DNA from: a virus
Taxonomy: Duplodnaviria > Caudoviricetes
DNA: 57,163 bases
Strand: one strand, 5' to 3'
Virus record (IMG/VR): IMGVR_UViG_3300037452_000193
Location: 1 to 57,163 of that record
The notes under the pieces are model-generated. The model did no database searches. It was not told the DNA's origin and saw only the letters and a list, made by a program, of their open reading frames with translations. The number at the start of each line of letters is the position of its first letter. Within the stretch, counting starts at the first letter, position 1. Both the position numbers and the translations under genes were made by a program. This document shows, piece by piece, positions 53,429 through 57,163 of this stretch.

Positions 53429-54789
53429 CGTTCTCCCCCACCGACGACTTCATTGATGCCCAACGGTACGGGGCGCTCCTCGTCCAGGCCCGTTTCACCA
53501 TCTTCCAGGGCGGAGTGGCGATCGGGAACGCCTACGAGTCGGTGTCGACGGGCACCTTCACCATCGACCGGAACTCCGAGTTCCGGCGCACAGGACAGCT
53601 CACGGTCGAGGTCACCCCGACCATCCCGCCTCCGCTTCTCCTGCCTGTCAACCCTTCCTCGGTGCTCGCCCCTTTCGGGACGGAGATCTACATCGAGACG
53701 GGCATCGCTTCTGCCGGCAACACCGTGGCGGTCGGGGCAGCGGAGGTGGCTCCGACCCAGTGGGTTCCTGCTGGTCTGTTCACGATCGCCACCACCACGG
53801 TCGACGACACAACACTCGACCTCACGATCTCCCTGGAGCTGTACGACAGAGCGTGGGTGATCGCCCAGCGGACGTTGAAGAGCCCGTACCTCTTTCCTTC
53901 GACAGCCTCGGGCAACTTCGTGGCCGAGATCAAGAAGCTGCTCGACCAGGCGTGGGGACAGCAGATCGGTGTCCAGCCCCTCGCCTACAACATCGTCCCG
54001 ACCTCAGCGGTGGTCCCTGTCGCTTCCTACGATCAAGGGTCCGATCCCTGGCAAGCCTGCCTCGACATGGCATCGGCCATCGGATACGAGCTCTACTTCG
54101 ATCCAATGGGCGTCGTGACCGGTCACCCGATCCCGAACCCGGGCACCACTCCGGTTACGTGGAACTTCTCCGACGACGCGACGGCGATCCAGGGACTCCC
54201 CGGGACAGGGTCGACGGCCCTCTTCGGGGATCCTTACTCGACCCCAGTCGAAGTCTCGGTGAGCATGACCCGCGACGGCATCTTTAATGACATCGTCATC
54301 CAAGGGACCGGAGATGAGAACGCCGCCACCTACGCCTTCGGTATCGAGACCTCAGGGCCTCCGATCCTGGCTGAGGCAGCGGACACCAACCCTCTATCCC
54401 CGACCTTCATCGGCGGGGCACTCGGGGACGTCCCGCAGTTCAACGCCTCATCCCTCATCACCGCCGAAGGGGCGACGGGGACGGCCCAGTCCGATCTCTA
54501 CGCCGCGTTGTCGGCAGCATGGCAGGTCACCCTCAACATCGCCCCGAACCCGATCTTCGACGTGGACAACGTCATCACGGTCACCCGTCCCCGCGTCGGC
54601 CTCTACAACGCCATGGTGGTGCTTGACACGATCACCCAGACGATCAACTATGCCGACACGATGCAACTGACGGGACGGGTGCTGTCCAATCAACCGGCTC
54701 CTCCCGCCCCCACCCCCGGAGAGTCCTTCAATCAGTGGGATGACGGCGGGGACATCTGGGACAACCCCAGCGACACCTGGGACGCCTGA
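53425..54789 (+). CDS. Minor tail / hub protein (DUF5047-like)
   Basis: G..T.DR....RR, P.GTE....GI, WVP.G.F.I, DPW.A...A..IG..L.FD..G, N.V...G. Confidence 0.78.
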   Translation: MTFSPTDDFIDAQRYGALLVQARFTIFQGGVAIGNAYESVSTGTFTIDRNSEFRRTGQLTVEVTPTIPPPLLLPVNPSSVLAPFGTEIYIETGIASAGNTVAVGAAEVAPTQWVPAGLFTIATTTVDDTTLDLTISLELYDRAWVIAQRTLKSPYLFPSTASGNFVAEIKKLLDQAWGQQIGVQPLAYNIVPTSAVVPVASYDQGSDPWQACLDMASAIGYELYFDPMGVVTGHPIPNPGTTPVTWNFSDDATAIQGLPGTGSTALFGDPYSTPVEVSVSMTRDGIFNDIVIQGTGDENAATYAFGIETSGPPILAEAADTNPLSPTFIGGALGDVPQFNASSLITAEGATGTAQSDLYAALSAAWQVTLNIAPNPIFDVDNVITVTRPRVGLYNAMVVLDTITQTINYADTMQLTGRVLSNQPAPPAPTPGESFNQWDDGGDIWDNPSDTWDA

Positions 54790-55358
54790 TGGCCAGCTAC
54801 CCGAACGCGATCTTCACCCCGGTCATCGCAACCGCTCAGTCCCTGCGAACCTCTCCGACGGGGCCGGCCGAGCTCTACAACGCCGTGGCTGCCGAGGTCG
54901 TGGCGATCGAGCAGACCTTCGGCACGGACCCAGACTTCATCCCCGTCGACGACGCCGCCGTGTCCGGGGGTCCATTCGGCAGCAGCACTCAGACCCACAT
55001 CCTCACCTTCGATGAGTTCGGAGTGTGCATCGACGACACTCTGATCGACATCGCCAGCCAACCCCTGGTGCCGATCGCCATCACCAACGCCAATTTCACC
55101 CTCGACACCTTTACCTTCCAGCGCGTCGATCTCAGCAGCGGGAACGTCCTTGGCACCCTTGTCGCCCAGCCCCCGGACCTCACGGCCGTAGGCTTTCGGG
55201 TCTACAAGACGGGCCATACCCTCACCATCGCTGCCGGTGCTGGCGACACTCTCTTTTTCTCCGGGTACACGGGCCCGCTCACCTACTCCTCGATGCTCAG
55301 TGGAGGGGTGCTGCAGTACAACGAATCGGCGGGGATCTGGGACCTGATGGCCTCGTGA
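54789..55358 (+). CDS. Minor tail protein
   Basis: MASYP...N....EV.AIE...GT.P pattern. Confidence 0.7.
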   Translation: MASYPNAIFTPVIATAQSLRTSPTGPAELYNAVAAEVVAIEQTFGTDPDFIPVDDAAVSGGPFGSSTQTHILTFDEFGVCIDDTLIDIASQPLVPIAITNANFTLDTFTFQRVDLSSGNVLGTLVAQPPDLTAVGFRVYKTGHTLTIAAGAGDTLFFSGYTGPLTYSSMLSGGVLQYNESAGIWDLMAS

Positions 55359-57163
55359 CGCTGGCCATCACCTCCGCCCAGGCACCGCCCGCATTCCCCG
55401 CGGGATCACCTGTTGACTTCGCCTTCACCGCGTCGGGGGGGACACCGCCCTACACCTGGTCGATGGACCAGACGAATCTGGCGAACACGGGCCTCGTTTT
55501 CAACGCGGTCAACCCGGATCCGAACACTCCGAACGAGGCCTCCCTCACCGGGACCCCGGTGCTGGACGGCAACTTCCAGTGCCCGGTCATGGTCACCGAC
55601 TCGACCATGGCCACAGCGACTCAGAACAAGTTCAACGTCACCGTCGTCACCACCGACCCCCGACTCAACGGCCAAAACTTCGCCACGGTCACCCTCAACA
55701 AGCTCATGGCGCCGTTCCAGATCGTCTCGAGCTACTTCACCCACACGGGACAGGTCAGCGGCAAGTTCACCATGGCCACCGTGGGCCAGATCACCACCGC
55801 GGGGACTCTCGCGACAAAGGGCGCGGGGAAGGTAACAGCTGGCGCCGCTGTCGTGACCACGTCCGGCGGAACGGCGATGTGGAGCTTCACCTCGGTCGAC
55901 GCGAACAACAACCTGATCGGGCTCAAGCTGCTCTCGGGGAACAAGACCGACACCGTCTCCCCCGGAGCAGCGATCGCCTTCAACGAGATTGTCACCTACA
56001 AGGCCAGCGGACTCCCACCTGGCGTCAAGATCTCCAACAACAGCGACACCGTGAGTGCTTCGCTGACCGGAACTCCGAGCGCCACACAGGCAGCGGTGAC
56101 ACCCGGACCGCTGACTCCTCCCGAAGTGTTGGCGCTGGGCCAGTTCTACCCCGCCTACGTCGTCTCCCTCACAGCCACGGGATCGTGCGGGGGCCTCGGG
56201 ACCGCCCCCTTCTACCTCTACGTGGTCCCGAACGACTCACTCCACTGCCTCGATCCCTCAGATCCGGCAGGGGTCTCGATCCTCGGGATCGACACGAGCG
56301 CCAACGCCCCCATGGACGGACAGCCCGGCGCAGGGCTTCCGCTCTACCTGTCGGCCTATGCCGCGGCCAACCACACGAATGGCCAATACGGCATCTCGGG
56401 GGGGGCGATCACCGGACCGCTGGTCCAAGTACCTGCTGGGGCCGTGTGGGACGGCGGCGGGACGATGACGAACTCCCCGTTCAACAGCGGAGGAGTGTCC
56501 AACATCCCGAGCCTCTCGTACTCGGGACCCGTCTACATCTCCCCGAACGGGATCCAGACGAGCGACCGGCCCGACGGGTCCAACTGCAACGTGGTGATCC
56601 GCAACGCCGGCATCTATTCGCCCTACACCGACAACACCGGGCTTGCGGGCCAGGAGTACAACGGCAGCGCCGTCACTCAGGACGAAGGCACCGACAACAT
56701 CTGGTACGGCATCTTCGCCGTCGGGGCGAATCAGGGCCAGGCGACCTACCATTCGCAGCTCGTCTATCAGGAAGCCTTCTTCCCACGGTCAGCGACCAAT
56801 CCGAGGTACATCAACATCAAGGCCCGGTGCTCCTACGGGGACGGGATGAACATCCTGGCCCAGACCCAACAAGGGCCTGTCACCAATCTCTTCGTCGAGA
56901 ACTTCGACCTCGACTACTGCGGGCGCGAATCCATCACCGTCGGCACTGTCACCGGTGCGACGATCGGCACCGCCGCTGGCGGGATCAACATCGGCCCGAA
57001 CTCGCAATATGGGCAGGACTATGACTTCGAGTCCGACCTTGGGGGATTTGTCGAAGGTCACGGGAGTGACATCGGGTCGACCGACGTCATCATCACCAAC
57101 TCCTACGGAGTGAAGGACATCCGGTTCATCGAATCTCTTCAAGCTCCGGTCAACAATCCCTGT
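55355..57163 (+). CDS. Tail fibre/spike with putative-Ig domains and probable beta-helix, 3'-truncated (absent from the track)
   Basis: GTG overlaps the upstream stop. FTASGGTPPYTWS and Y.ASGLPPG...LTGTP. Later N/G/D-rich repeats (YGDGMNI, GRESITV, DFE.D). Open to the window end. Confidence 0.8.
   Translation, partial: MTLAITSAQAPPAFPAGSPVDFAFTASGGTPPYTWSMDQTNLANTGLVFNAVNPDPNTPNEASLTGTPVLDGNFQCPVMVTDSTMATATQNKFNVTVVTTDPRLNGQNFATVTLNKLMAPFQIVSSYFTHTGQVSGKFTMATVGQITTAGTLATKGAGKVTAGAAVVTTSGGTAMWSFTSVDANNNLIGLKLLSGNKTDTVSPGAAIAFNEIVTYKASGLPPGVKISNNSDTVSASLTGTPSATQAAVTPGPLTPPEVLALGQFYPAYVVSLTATGSCGGLGTAPFYLYVVPNDSLHCLDPSDPAGVSILGIDTSANAPMDGQPGAGLPLYLSAYAAANHTNGQYGISGGAITGPLVQVPAGAVWDGGGTMTNSPFNSGGVSNIPSLSYSGPVYISPNGIQTSDRPDGSNCNVVIRNAGIYSPYTDNTGLAGQEYNGSAVTQDEGTDNIWYGIFAVGANQGQATYHSQLVYQEAFFPRSATNPRYINIKARCSYGDGMNILAQTQQGPVTNLFVENFDLDYCGRESITVGTVTGATIGTAAGGINIGPNSQYGQDYDFESDLGGFVEGHGSDIGSTDVIITNSYGVKDIRFIESLQAPVNNPC

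Overview
This window is a near-complete, circularly permuted genome of a high-GC tailed phage with a long tape measure and no sheath, i.e. siphovirus-type. An actinobacterial host is inferred from the Rpf-like, DUF1906-type lysin, DUF3631-like and DUF5047-like genes. The window starts and ends inside the tail-tip region, and the two ends do not join in frame. Layout: tail-tip genes (1-5.3 kb, +); a short tyrosine recombinase (-); a rightward recombination/replication operon (PD-(D/E)XK exonuclease, ERF, DnaQ-like, HTH initiator, DnaB-N/RecA-type helicase, RusA, HNHs) that also contains the endolysin and a secreted Rpf-like gene; a leftward array of small genes (17.2-27.7 kb) with MazG, a DpdA/TGT-like protein, DUF3631, ParB and an inverted endonuclease VII; a tRNA-Met(CAT) with initiator features and an adjacent structured RNA; a tandem ribbon-helix-helix (RHH) regulator; then terminase, head and tail modules. 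Best leads: (1) a portal fused to two Nudix hydrolases that ends on a canonical -1 slippery site plus hairpin leading into MuF, followed by a HAD phosphatase; (2) a regulon of ten TGTCNATAC sites in five pairs at sigma70-like promoters, including those of the recombinase and the tandem-RHH gene, with a second motif CCCTACGGAA in the downstream leaders; (3) a tail protein with three lectin-like domains apparently nested inside one another; (4) a LexA-box-like promoter ahead of the lysin; (5) an orphan DpdA-like enzyme. All family assignments come from motif recognition by eye, not database searches.
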